From NCBI GenBank assembly GCA_044224875.1, contig JBGAJQ010000032.1, forward strand, positions 1 to 57,436: a DNA stretch of 57,436 nt, given 5' to 3'. Below are positions 1-9,046 of the stretch, in pieces. Source of the stretch: Gemmatimonadaceae bacterium (GTDB lineage: Bacteria; Gemmatimonadota; Gemmatimonadetes; Gemmatimonadales; Gemmatimonadaceae). The translations under genes and the position numbers were made by a program. The stretch's first letter is position 1. Each line of letters starts with the position of its first letter. The notes beneath the pieces were generated by a model. It saw nothing but the letters and a program-made list of their open reading frames with translations, was not told the origin of the DNA and made no database searches.

Positions 1-420
1 ATGGCGGCATTGCAGTCGCACACGACATCCAATGCCACGACCGTGGCGCAATACGCGACACTTACCGCGCTGACAGAAACGGCCTTGGCCGACGTGGAAG
101 TCGCCGCGATGGTGAAGGAATACCAGAGGCGGCGGGATGCGGCCCTTGGGGTGCTGTGTCAGGTCCCTGAACTCCGCCTCGTTAGGCCTGACGGTGCGTT
201 CTACCTGTACCTGGACATGTCACGTACTGCGCCGAACGACCCGTCGGCGGGGAGCGCGTTTGCCGCCCGTCTGCTCGACGAATCGGGCGTGGCGGTCGTA
301 CCGGGGGCGGCGTTCCTAACGCCGGCGTGGATTCGGATGTCGTACGCCGCCAAGACCGAACAGGTGCTCGATGGCATTACGCGCACCGTCGAATTGTGGC
401 AAAAACTTCGCCAGGCCTAG
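1..420 (+). CDS. PLP-dependent class I/II aminotransferase (aspartate aminotransferase-like), C-terminal part, truncated by the window edge
   Basis: C-terminal motifs PDGAFY, GVAVVPGAAF and IRMSYA, typical of AspAT-like enzymes. Confidence 0.85.
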   Translation: MAALQSHTTSNATTVAQYATLTALTETALADVEVAAMVKEYQRRRDAALGVLCQVPELRLVRPDGAFYLYLDMSRTAPNDPSAGSAFAARLLDESGVAVVPGAAFLTPAWIRMSYAAKTEQVLDGITRTVELWQKLRQA

Positions 421-558
421 ACACACACTCCACTGGTCCGAGGCAATTGGCGAACTGTATTATTCGCGCGGTCAGCGCGCCGAAGGAGTCGGATCACATG
501 GTCGATCGCAAGGGACCGGAGGGGGCGCGATGAAGCGCTCAGCGAGGCGAGAAATCGC

Positions 559-1059
559 GTGAATATTCCCGTCCGTGTTGAACCATATGCTGGATCTCCC
601 GCCGACGTCGTGTACCGCTGGGATGCGGACACCGATATCCTGACGGCTCATTTGGCTCGTCTGGACGATGCCGCTGGCATGAACGGGTCCGTCGACCTCG
701 AAGGGAGCGACGGGTCGTGGCTGATCCTTGATGTAGCTGGCGGGCGTATCAATGGCGTGGAAGTCGCCGTCTGGCCGACGGTGCGGAAACGGTCGGACCT
801 GTCGCCGCCAGACGAGGTGGAGAACGCCACCGTGCACGTGACGGCCGACTCCGCTCCTCGGCTCGACGCCATGGAGGTCGACACGGCCATGGCCGCGGAC
901 GCCGACCAGGCGGAGCGAACCATCCACTTTCGGTTGGGGCCCCGTCGCTCAACGCGCACCGTGCGCATTGCGCGTGATGTGCTCATTGACATCGACGGCC
1001 GGAGTCGGCTTGCTGGCGTTTGGCTCCTTGACGTCCCTCCGTTCCCAGAGGAAGCGTGA
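559..1059 (+). CDS. Hypothetical protein with two DUF2283-like repeats
   Basis: GTG start; halves YRWDADTDIL...LILDVAGGRINGVEV and ADADQAERTI...VLIDIDGRSRLAGVWL resemble the DUF2283 pattern; GTGA overlap with the next gene. Confidence 0.6.
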   Translation: MNIPVRVEPYAGSPADVVYRWDADTDILTAHLARLDDAAGMNGSVDLEGSDGSWLILDVAGGRINGVEVAVWPTVRKRSDLSPPDEVENATVHVTADSAPRLDAMEVDTAMAADADQAERTIHFRLGPRRSTRTVRIARDVLIDIDGRSRLAGVWLLDVPPFPEEA

Positions 1060-1334
1060 TCACCACCATCGTCCTCATCAAGGCAGATCCCAAACGGATC
1101 CCGGAGACCGCGCGTCAGATCGCTGGAATCGACGGCGTGGTCGAGGTCTACTCGGTGTCCGGTGAATGGGATCTGGTCGCCATCGTTCGCGTGGCGGAAT
1201 ATGGGCAAATCGCAGAAGTCGTGACCGAACGCTTCCCCGCCGTCGCGGGCATCGTGCGAACCCAGACGCTGACGGCGTTCCGTGCCTACTCCAAGGGGGA
1301 CGTTGAGCAGGCTTGGGACATCGGGTCGAACTAG
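1056..1334 (+). CDS. Stand-alone Lrp/AsnC ligand-binding (RAM) domain protein
   Basis: 92 aa; IDGVVEVYSVSGEWDLVAIVRV and GIVRTQTLTAF; no HTH. Confidence 0.85.
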   Translation: MITTIVLIKADPKRIPETARQIAGIDGVVEVYSVSGEWDLVAIVRVAEYGQIAEVVTERFPAVAGIVRTQTLTAFRAYSKGDVEQAWDIGSN

Positions 1335-1343
1335 CCGAAGCCG

Positions 1344-2312
1344 ATGACGTTGGATGTCCGAGGGCTGCGGCGTCGGTGGCGAGCGTCGCTGCCCGACATC
1401 GAGCCGGCGAGTGAGTCCTCGCCGACCCTGGAGTCGAGCGACCTGCCGACCGAGCCGCCGCACACGCGGGAGTGCATCGTTCTGGAAGGAGAACGACTCG
1501 AGGCGGTTGTTGTGCCTGGAGAGCCGATCATCGGATTCGCTGGCTTCCTGGATGGCATTCAGACGAGTCGTCCGTGGGGCTACGAGGCGGGAATCCCGAT
1601 CGTGTTCGGTCACGCGGCGGCTGCGGTCCGCGTTCGCATCGAACGGCGGCTGACGTCGTGGGGTAACCCGCAGGAGCACATTGGGTTTTACGCGCCGTGG
1701 GCGCTGCTGTCACCGGCCACCCGCGGCACGCTTGAGAGCCTCGGCGTGCCGCTCATCGACACCTTGAGCGCACCCGGCGACGTGCCCCATCCGTTGCAGC
1801 TGCTACGTACGGCGATCCACGCCGTGCAACGCGAACGAGAACGGGTCGAGCAGGCGTGCGCCGAGGCCTGGTGCGCTCAAGAATCCGCGCCGCTCTTCGT
1901 GGATGGCGGACTGCCACGCGGCGAACGATCGGCGGCCGGGCCGTGGTGTGTCGGCGTGGTGAAGAGTCACCATACCCTGTACGCCCAGGGCGACGCCCTG
2001 CGGATCATCTCCTCGTTAGGCCCAGGTGAACGCACGCGAGTCTTCCGGATCGACCCCACGTGGGGACCTGCGGTGGCGTCCTGGTACCTGCGTGTCCGCC
2101 GGGTCGTGGGTGTGGACCCCTTGTGGGGCCTCGTGCGTGTGGAGGTCGCCCTGAGCGACGACACCAGCCGACTCGGCATGCGCGCCGACGAAGTCTCGCG
2201 CTGGATCTTGGCGGAGCGAGCGCCACTGGCGTTGCCCGACGGCCGGTGGGACCGCATGGCCTATGGCGTGCGCGACTGCGAAACCTTCCTCAGGGCGCGC
2301 TCGACGTCATAG
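1344..2312 (+). CDS. nurA: NurA-family 5'-3' nuclease
   Basis: Acidic motifs FLDGIQ, R-x-x-x-E, LFVDGGL, VGVVKSH and SWYLR; directly upstream of a HerA ATPase. Confidence 0.8.
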   Translation: MTLDVRGLRRRWRASLPDIEPASESSPTLESSDLPTEPPHTRECIVLEGERLEAVVVPGEPIIGFAGFLDGIQTSRPWGYEAGIPIVFGHAAAAVRVRIERRLTSWGNPQEHIGFYAPWALLSPATRGTLESLGVPLIDTLSAPGDVPHPLQLLRTAIHAVQRERERVEQACAEAWCAQESAPLFVDGGLPRGERSAAGPWCVGVVKSHHTLYAQGDALRIISSLGPGERTRVFRIDPTWGPAVASWYLRVRRVVGVDPLWGLVRVEVALSDDTSRLGMRADEVSRWILAERAPLALPDGRWDRMAYGVRDCETFLRARSTS

Positions 2313-2401
2313 GCCGCGTTGGTGCTGGCAACGGACACGTCCCGAGATACCTTTCCAACGCGCGGCGTTGCCACGCCGCGCGGTCACTCGACCCCGCTGC
2401 T

Positions 2402-4402
2402 GTGAGCAACAACTCCGACTTCGATCCCGGTCAAGCCCCCGCGGCCGCGCCGTCCGCCATTCTGGGTCGTGTTGTCGCGACCGAAAAGCGGCCAAACACG
2501 CCGCACGAATTCCACTTCTGGACTGCCCTCGACTCCGCCGTCGGAATCGGGACCATCGTTCGTGTCGAGGGGACATTTCCGGTCAGCGGGCAGATTCCGC
2601 AGATCTACGGCGTCGTCACCGACGGGCTGAGTTACACCGACTTGGCGTCCCCGCTTCACGACGTCATCGGCCACGACGGATCACCCGTCGATGCGCTGCG
2701 TGCCCCAACCGAGCGCTCGGAAATCCGACTCTACACAGCAGCGGTTCTCCGCCACATACCGGATGAACCGCTGCAACCCGTTCCGATGGGCGCGGTGTAT
2801 CTCGCCGACCACCAGGATGTCGCGTTGGCGCTGCGCATGGATTCGTACCTGCGCGAAGGGGCGCGGACGGCGATTCCCGTCGGGCAGTATCGCTCGGGGG
2901 GCATCGCCTCGCCGGTGTACCTGGACGCTGACTTCCTGGTTGGACCAGAAGCGGCGCACCTCAACATCACCGGCGTGTCGGGCCTTGCCACGAAGACCAG
3001 CGCCGTCGAATTCCTGCTCCAGTCGCTGTTCGCGCACTTTCCTTCGCAGAAGGGGTCCATCGCCGCCGTCTGCTTCAACGTCAAGGGGCCCGACCTTTGC
3101 TTTCTGGACCAGCCGGCTCCAGTCCTCGACCCTGCGGACCTTGCGGTATACGAAGCGTTAGGCATTCCGGCCAAGCCGTTCCAGAACGTTTCCTATTTCG
3201 CCCCGTACACCGCTCGCGGGCTGTCGCTGAACACGCTGCGATCGAATCCCACACTCACGCACAACGTCTTTCCCCTGACGTGGGGCCTCGAGGAAGTCCT
3301 GCGGTATGCAGAGGTCCTGCTGAATCGCGATGACGTCGACGCCAAGGCCGACGCGCTGATCGACTTCATCGCCGAGCGAATCGTCGCCCGCGAGTTCCAT
3401 GACCCGCAGTTGGCGGGAGGAAAGCGCTATCACGTGCGCACGTTCGAGGATCTCGACGCGTGGTTCAAGGACGTCTTGATGCATATGGAAGACTCCGGGC
3501 GCGAGAGCTGGCGGACGCACCACATTGCCACCGTCCGGAAGATCAGAAACCGTTTGTCGAACTTCTCCACACGCTGTCAGGGACTGGTCACGGAAGGGGC
3601 AACCGTGAGTGACCTGCCGTTCGGCAACTTCGAAGATCGCGCGGTGTACGTGATCGACGTTGCGAATCTGGAAGAAGATGCGCAGGACCTGATCTTCGCG
3701 CGTGTCGTCTCCGTGCTCCGGGAGCGTCTGGAGCGTCGCGACCTGGGCGTCAGTCATCTGGTGGTCTTTGTCGATGAACTCAACAAGTACGCGCCAGCCG
3801 ACGGCCAGGACACCTACGTCCGCCGAATGCTCCTCGACATCTCGGAACGGGGTCGCTACTTGGGTCTCGTGTTGTTCAGCGCGCAGCAATTCCGTAGCCA
3901 GGTGCATCGTCGCGTCGTCGGCAACTCCGCGACGGCCTTGTACGGACGCATGGACTCCGACGAACTGGCGACACCGGGCTATCAGGTGCTGGGTCCGGCC
4001 ACCAAGACCAAGCTTGCCACCTTGGACAAAGGTCAACTGATGGTGCGGCACCCACACTTCGCGCAGCCCGTGTTCGTCCGGTTTCCCCGACCCTCGGTGA
4101 TGTCCGGGCGCGAAGGCATCGACCGCTATCCACAGCGCAGTGAGGAGTCCTTGGAGGACGCCGTGCTCCGCGCCCTACGGAGATTGGACGCAACGATCAC
4201 GCTGGATTTCGTGAAGGAGTGGACCACGTTGTTCGAGGAGGCTGAGGTGCTGCGCGCTCGCGACGCGACGCTTCGCGCACGCCCGGCCGATGTCCGAGGG
4301 TTCTTTCGCGCGCAGTTCCGGTCGCGTGTGGCCGCGACACCAGCGGCGCCGCGCCCACAGCCGCGTCTCCGTCCCACGCCGGACGATCCCTACGGCGGGT
4401 AA
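2402..4402 (+). CDS. herA: HerA-family ATPase/DNA translocase
   Basis: N-terminal HAS-barrel-like region, HLNITGVSGLATKTS Walker A variant, VFVDELNKY Walker B, ERGRYLG arginine motif, SAQQ; start re-chosen at GTG 2402 within ORF 2060-4402. Confidence 0.88.
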   Translation: MSNNSDFDPGQAPAAAPSAILGRVVATEKRPNTPHEFHFWTALDSAVGIGTIVRVEGTFPVSGQIPQIYGVVTDGLSYTDLASPLHDVIGHDGSPVDALRAPTERSEIRLYTAAVLRHIPDEPLQPVPMGAVYLADHQDVALALRMDSYLREGARTAIPVGQYRSGGIASPVYLDADFLVGPEAAHLNITGVSGLATKTSAVEFLLQSLFAHFPSQKGSIAAVCFNVKGPDLCFLDQPAPVLDPADLAVYEALGIPAKPFQNVSYFAPYTARGLSLNTLRSNPTLTHNVFPLTWGLEEVLRYAEVLLNRDDVDAKADALIDFIAERIVAREFHDPQLAGGKRYHVRTFEDLDAWFKDVLMHMEDSGRESWRTHHIATVRKIRNRLSNFSTRCQGLVTEGATVSDLPFGNFEDRAVYVIDVANLEEDAQDLIFARVVSVLRERLERRDLGVSHLVVFVDELNKYAPADGQDTYVRRMLLDISERGRYLGLVLFSAQQFRSQVHRRVVGNSATALYGRMDSDELATPGYQVLGPATKTKLATLDKGQLMVRHPHFAQPVFVRFPRPSVMSGREGIDRYPQRSEESLEDAVLRALRRLDATITLDFVKEWTTLFEEAEVLRARDATLRARPADVRGFFRAQFRSRVAATPAAPRPQPRLRPTPDDPYGG

Positions 4403-5248
4403 GTGAGGACGGCCCTTAGGTTGCTGAGCAAGCACGCCATCCTATCCGCTGGATTGCTACTGTTGGCTTTGCCGGTGGGGGCCCAGGGCGGTGCGATTCC
4501 GCTCACGATTCGGCCTCGCGCTGGAGATACGTTACGCTTGCGCATGGACCAGACGGTGGAGATGGCGGCGACACGCCGAAATGGCGACGTCGACGTCACC
4601 ACATCGGAACAGCATACCATGGTGGTGCTCACGCGCGTGGCCGTGGAATCCACGGACCTCGATGGCGCCACGGTGACCGCCATGACGGACACGGTTCGCC
4701 TAACGAGTACCGATGGAAGCGCCGGGAGTTCGCTGCTGGGATGGGCGCGTGTCATGCAGGGGCAACGTTTTCGCTTTCGCGTGTTGACGGATGGATCCAC
4801 GGCGCTGGTGGACGCGTCGAAGGGGGCGCCCCAGGTCGCTGCATTCCTCGCCCAGTTGCCCGCGTCGCTCCCGAAGGAACCCATCGCACCGGGTCGGACC
4901 TGGACCCGGAGCATGGATATCCCCATCTCCGTGCTCAGCGACGCGCGTGGCACCGCCAGCATGACGGCGACGTTCCGCTTCGACTCGGTGACCCGGGGCG
5001 GTGACTTGGCCTACCTGTCGGTACGCGGACGGCTCACCCGCCAGAGTGCCCCGCCGAAGGGGTCGGTAGCGCCCACGGTGGAGATGAATGGGACCCTCTC
5101 CGGGTCCGTGGTCGTGGATCGCCGCCGGGGATGGATCACCGACGCGCGGTCCCTGATCAGCACCCACTCCCTGGTGTCCAGCCCCAAGGGCGACACCCCA
5201 CCGGTTCGTATCCGGCTCAAGATCACGCAGTGGATGCGCGCCCAATAG
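4403..5248 (+). CDS. Exported beta-rich hypothetical protein (DUF6263-like)
   Basis: Signal-peptide-like N-terminus (LLLLALPVGA|Q) and alternating beta-strand pattern; starts immediately after the herA stop. Confidence 0.65.
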   Translation: MRTALRLLSKHAILSAGLLLLALPVGAQGGAIPLTIRPRAGDTLRLRMDQTVEMAATRRNGDVDVTTSEQHTMVVLTRVAVESTDLDGATVTAMTDTVRLTSTDGSAGSSLLGWARVMQGQRFRFRVLTDGSTALVDASKGAPQVAAFLAQLPASLPKEPIAPGRTWTRSMDIPISVLSDARGTASMTATFRFDSVTRGGDLAYLSVRGRLTRQSAPPKGSVAPTVEMNGTLSGSVVVDRRRGWITDARSLISTHSLVSSPKGDTPPVRIRLKITQWMRAQ

Positions 5249-5399
5249 GGGCGAGCCAAGGGTCGGGGGATCGTCCGCTCAGCCAGCGCCAACACGACGG
5301 CGTACAGGCGTGGGCGGATGAAAGCCGAAAGCCCGCCTGGCGGTATATTCCTCCCATGTCGCCGGCAGGTCGCCGGCGAACCCGCGACATCAGGCGTAC

Positions 5400-6587
5400 A
5401 TGCGCCTCATTCACCTCTCGGATCTCCACCTCGGTTTTCGACAGTTCCAACGGACGACTCCCGCCGGCATAAACCAGCGTGAGGCGGACATTGGCAACGT
5501 CTTTCGTCAGACCATCGACAAGATCGTCGAGCTGGCGCCGGACATCGTCCTGATTGCGGGTGACGTCTTCCACAACGTGCGGCCGTCCAACCCGGCGATT
5601 CTGCACGCCTTCGCTCAGTTCTCTCGACTCACCCAGGCGCTCCCGAACACCATCGTGGTGCTGCTGGCGGGGAACCACGACACGCCGCGTTCGGTGGAGA
5701 CGGGCTGCATCCTGCGATTGTTTTCGCCCCTGGGCGTGGAGGTGGCTGACGCACGAGAGCGCCGGCTGACGTTTGCCGATCGGTCGCTGTCCATCCTGGC
5801 CGTGCCCCATATGCCCGGACAGCGGGTTGCGATCGAGCCGGATCCGGCGTTCGAGTACAACATCCTCGCCTATCACGGCGAGCTGCAACAGCACATGCCC
5901 GCCTGGGCGGACCTGGAGCGCGTCGAGAATGCGCTCGACCCGAAGGAGATCGGCTTCGAGCGTTGGAGCTACGTGGCGCTGGGCCATCACCATGTGTTCC
6001 ACCACCTCGCGCCGAATGCGTGCTACTCGGGGTCGATGGAATACGCGAGCGTGAACATCTGGGGCGAGCTCAAGGAAGAAGTCGTGGCGAAAGTGAAAGG
6101 CAAGAAGATGGTCGAATATGACTTGGAGACGGGGAAGCGGACGTTGCACGAGATCAAGGCAGCGCGCCCGATCGTCGACCTGCCTCCCATTCGCGCCCGA
6201 GTCCTCACGGCTGCGGAGATCAGCGCGCAGATGCGAGTCAACGTCGACCACTGCAAAGGCGGCATCGACGACAAGATCGTGCGACAGCTTATTTCCGACG
6301 TGCCACGACATGTGGTGCGCGAGCTGGACCACAAGGCGCTGCGCGAGTACAAGCGCCGGGCGGTCCACTACCACCTGGATCCGCGGCGTCCGGAGATCGC
6401 GCGCGCCACGCCGTCCGGGGTTGCAGGCCGCCGAACGTCGCTCGCTGAAACCGTGCGCGACAAGTTGTGGAGCCGTCAGCTACAGCCCGATATGGACCGC
6501 GACGCACTGATCGAGCTGGGCCTCCGGTACCTGCGCGAAGCCGATCTCGTGGAGACGGCAGCCTTGGCCGTTCCAGAAAGCGAGTGA
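5400..6587 (+). CDS. sbcD: Mre11/SbcD metallophosphoesterase nuclease
   Basis: HLSDLHLG, IAGDVF, AGNHD, YVALGHHH and YSGS phosphoesterase motifs. Confidence 0.93.
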   Translation: MRLIHLSDLHLGFRQFQRTTPAGINQREADIGNVFRQTIDKIVELAPDIVLIAGDVFHNVRPSNPAILHAFAQFSRLTQALPNTIVVLLAGNHDTPRSVETGCILRLFSPLGVEVADARERRLTFADRSLSILAVPHMPGQRVAIEPDPAFEYNILAYHGELQQHMPAWADLERVENALDPKEIGFERWSYVALGHHHVFHHLAPNACYSGSMEYASVNIWGELKEEVVAKVKGKKMVEYDLETGKRTLHEIKAARPIVDLPPIRARVLTAAEISAQMRVNVDHCKGGIDDKIVRQLISDVPRHVVRELDHKALREYKRRAVHYHLDPRRPEIARATPSGVAGRRTSLAETVRDKLWSRQLQPDMDRDALIELGLRYLREADLVETAALAVPESE

Positions 6588-9046
6588 GACTCAACTCGCT
6601 CCATCTCGTCAACTTTCGGCAGCATGCCGACACACGGATCGAGTTCGATCTCGGTCTGACCGGCGTTATTGGCCCCAATGGCGCGGGAAAGTCGACGATC
6701 CTCGAAGCCATGGCGTGGGCGCTCTACGGCCAGTCCGCCGCTCGCGGCACGCGTGAAACGCTGCGCTTCTCCCGCGCGCCCGCGCGGGCGACCGTTCGGG
6801 TCGAGCTGGACTTTGAGCTGGCGGGTCACCGCTATCGCGTGGTCCGTGGCCTCACCAGCGCCGAGTTGTACCTGGATGGCGCCGACGAGCCCATCGCCAA
6901 CACCATCTCCGGCGTCACCGAGTTGCTGTCGCGCCGACTGGGGATGACCCGTGCGGAGTTCTTCAACACCTATTTCACGGGACAGAAGGAGCTCAGCGTC
7001 ATGGCCTCCATGGGGCCAGCCGAGCGCGGTCAGTTCCTCTCCCGCGTGCTGGGATACGACAAGCTCCGCACGGCACAGCAACTGGCTCGCGATCGAAGGA
7101 AGCTCATCACGTCCGAGCAGTCGGGCGTCCGCGCCGCCATGCCCAAGGCCGACGAGGTGGCGCGACTCCTCGAGGAGTCGCGCGCTCGGCTGGCAGAGGC
7201 AGAAGCGCGCCGCGCTCGGCTGGAGAAGGATCACGCCGCCGCCGAGGCCGCGCTGGGACTCGTGTCGCCACGCTGGCAGTCGGCGCAGCGAGTGCGGGAT
7301 CAGCAACGCGCGCTCGAAGCGGAGCTCAAGGTCGCGGAGGCGCAGCTGGCGGCTCTTTCCCGCGACGTCGAACGGCTCACGCGCGAGTTGGCCGAGATCG
7401 ACCAGGCGCGCGTCGACCTCGAACGCCTCGCGAAGGAGTTGGCGCCGATGGCCACACTCGCCGAGGAGTTCCGCCGACTCGAGGACCTGGCGCGCGAGGA
7501 GGGACGTCGGCTGACGCTCGTGGATCAGGAGCACTCACTGACCACGGAGGTTGCCGCGCTCCGAGAGCGTCGTGGCACGCTCGCCACGTCTGCACAACTC
7601 GAGGAGGACGTGACGCTGGCCGTGGAGCGAAAGCGGCAGGAAGTGGAGGAGACTTCGGGGCTGCTGGAGGCGAAACGCACGGAGTGGGTGCGCGATCGAC
7701 AGGAGGCGGAAACCAAGCGTGACGCCCTGCGTCGGCAGTATGCCGAGCTGAAGACGCAACGGGACCAGATCGTCGACCTTGGTGAAGAAGGCGTGTGTCC
7801 GACGTGCACGCGTGTGCTTGGCGCCAACTTCCGCACCGTGCTGGACCAGTTGGAGGAGCAGCTGGAGACGATTTTTGTCGACGGGCGCTACTACTCCACG
7901 CGGTTGGAGCAGCTGACCGACATGCCGGCAGACGTCGCGGCGCTTGGCGAGCGTGCGCGTCAGCTGCAACACGAGGCGGAAGCACTAGGGCGCGAGTTGG
8001 CCCGCGTGCAGTCGGATGTCCGTGACCTGTCACGGGTCACGCGCGAGTGCACGGCCAAGGAACAACAGCTGGCGGCCATTCACGCGGACGTGCTGGCAAT
8101 TCCTACGGGATACGACGCCGATCGCCATACCGAATTGCGGCGCGAGGTGGAGCGCCTGGCCCCGCTGGACGGACAGGCGGCGCGCCTCAGCGCCACCATC
8201 GAGCGCGAGGAGCACCAACGCGCCGAGTTCGCGCGCGTCGACGTCGAGCATCGCGTCGTCGACCGGACGCTACAGGGGGTGCGAGAACGTTTGGGGGCCG
8301 CCGACTTCTCCGAGCAGGACTATGAACGCTTGCGCGAGGAGTTCGAACAGGCAGCGAACCTGGCACGCACCACAGAGGTCGCCTTGGCGACGGCGCGTGC
8401 CGATGTCGGCACGGCGCAGAGCATGCTCGATGGCGCCACCCGAGCCCAGCGAGAGTTGGATAAGGCCCAGGAAGCGTATCGGGTCCTCGAGGTGGATCGT
8501 CGCCTGCATGATGAACTCGATCGCGCCTATTCCGACCTGCGAACGGACCTGAATTTCCAGCTGCGGCCGGAATTGTCTGACCTGGCGAGCGCCTTCCTGG
8601 CCGACCTCACCGACAGTCGCTATACCGAGCTCGAATTGGACGACCAGTACAACGTGATCGTGCTCGAGGATGGGAACCCCAAGCCGGTGATTTCCGGGGG
8701 CGAAGAAGACTTGTCGAACCTGGTGTTGCGGCTGGCGATTTCGCAGATGATCGCCGAGCGAGCTGGCCAGGCGTTCTCGTTGTTGGTGCTGGACGAGGTG
8801 TTCGGATCCCTGGATGAATCACGACGCCACAACGTGATCGACCTCTTGCGTCGCCTCCAGGACCGATTCGAACAGGTCATTCTCATCACGCACATCGACT
8901 CGGTCCGCGATGGGCTCGATCGCGTGATCAGCGTGGCGTACGACGAGCAGTCGGGATCGTCCGTCGTTCAGCAACTCGAGCCGGGCCTTCCGCCCATGGA
9001 TATCATGGACGCCGCGTTCGAGGGCGCCGGAGCCGAGGAACCATGA
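6584..9046 (+). CDS. sbcC: Rad50/SbcC SMC-like ATPase
   Basis: GPNGAGKS Walker A, long coiled coil with central CPTC zinc hook, ISGGE signature, LLVLDE Walker B, GSLD D-loop, ITH; GTG at 6584 overlaps the sbcD stop. Confidence 0.93.
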   Translation: MRLNSLHLVNFRQHADTRIEFDLGLTGVIGPNGAGKSTILEAMAWALYGQSAARGTRETLRFSRAPARATVRVELDFELAGHRYRVVRGLTSAELYLDGADEPIANTISGVTELLSRRLGMTRAEFFNTYFTGQKELSVMASMGPAERGQFLSRVLGYDKLRTAQQLARDRRKLITSEQSGVRAAMPKADEVARLLEESRARLAEAEARRARLEKDHAAAEAALGLVSPRWQSAQRVRDQQRALEAELKVAEAQLAALSRDVERLTRELAEIDQARVDLERLAKELAPMATLAEEFRRLEDLAREEGRRLTLVDQEHSLTTEVAALRERRGTLATSAQLEEDVTLAVERKRQEVEETSGLLEAKRTEWVRDRQEAETKRDALRRQYAELKTQRDQIVDLGEEGVCPTCTRVLGANFRTVLDQLEEQLETIFVDGRYYSTRLEQLTDMPADVAALGERARQLQHEAEALGRELARVQSDVRDLSRVTRECTAKEQQLAAIHADVLAIPTGYDADRHTELRREVERLAPLDGQAARLSATIEREEHQRAEFARVDVEHRVVDRTLQGVRERLGAADFSEQDYERLREEFEQAANLARTTEVALATARADVGTAQSMLDGATRAQRELDKAQEAYRVLEVDRRLHDELDRAYSDLRTDLNFQLRPELSDLASAFLADLTDSRYTELELDDQYNVIVLEDGNPKPVISGGEEDLSNLVLRLAISQMIAERAGQAFSLLVLDEVFGSLDESRRHNVIDLLRRLQDRFEQVILITHIDSVRDGLDRVISVAYDEQSGSSVVQQLEPGLPPMDIMDAAFEGAGAEEP

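Noticed and set aside
451..466. CGAAC-N6-ATTCG as a LexA/SOS box upstream of the repair cluster
   Set aside because: The spacing does not match CGAAC-N4-GTTCG, and no similar site was seen upstream of uvrA.
2060..2401. Extended N-termini given by the ORF track for herA, and likewise sbcC, ligA, parA, gyrB and sdaAB
   Set aside because: The extensions overlap upstream genes or precede the conserved domain; downstream starts with RBS or stop-start overlaps fit better.
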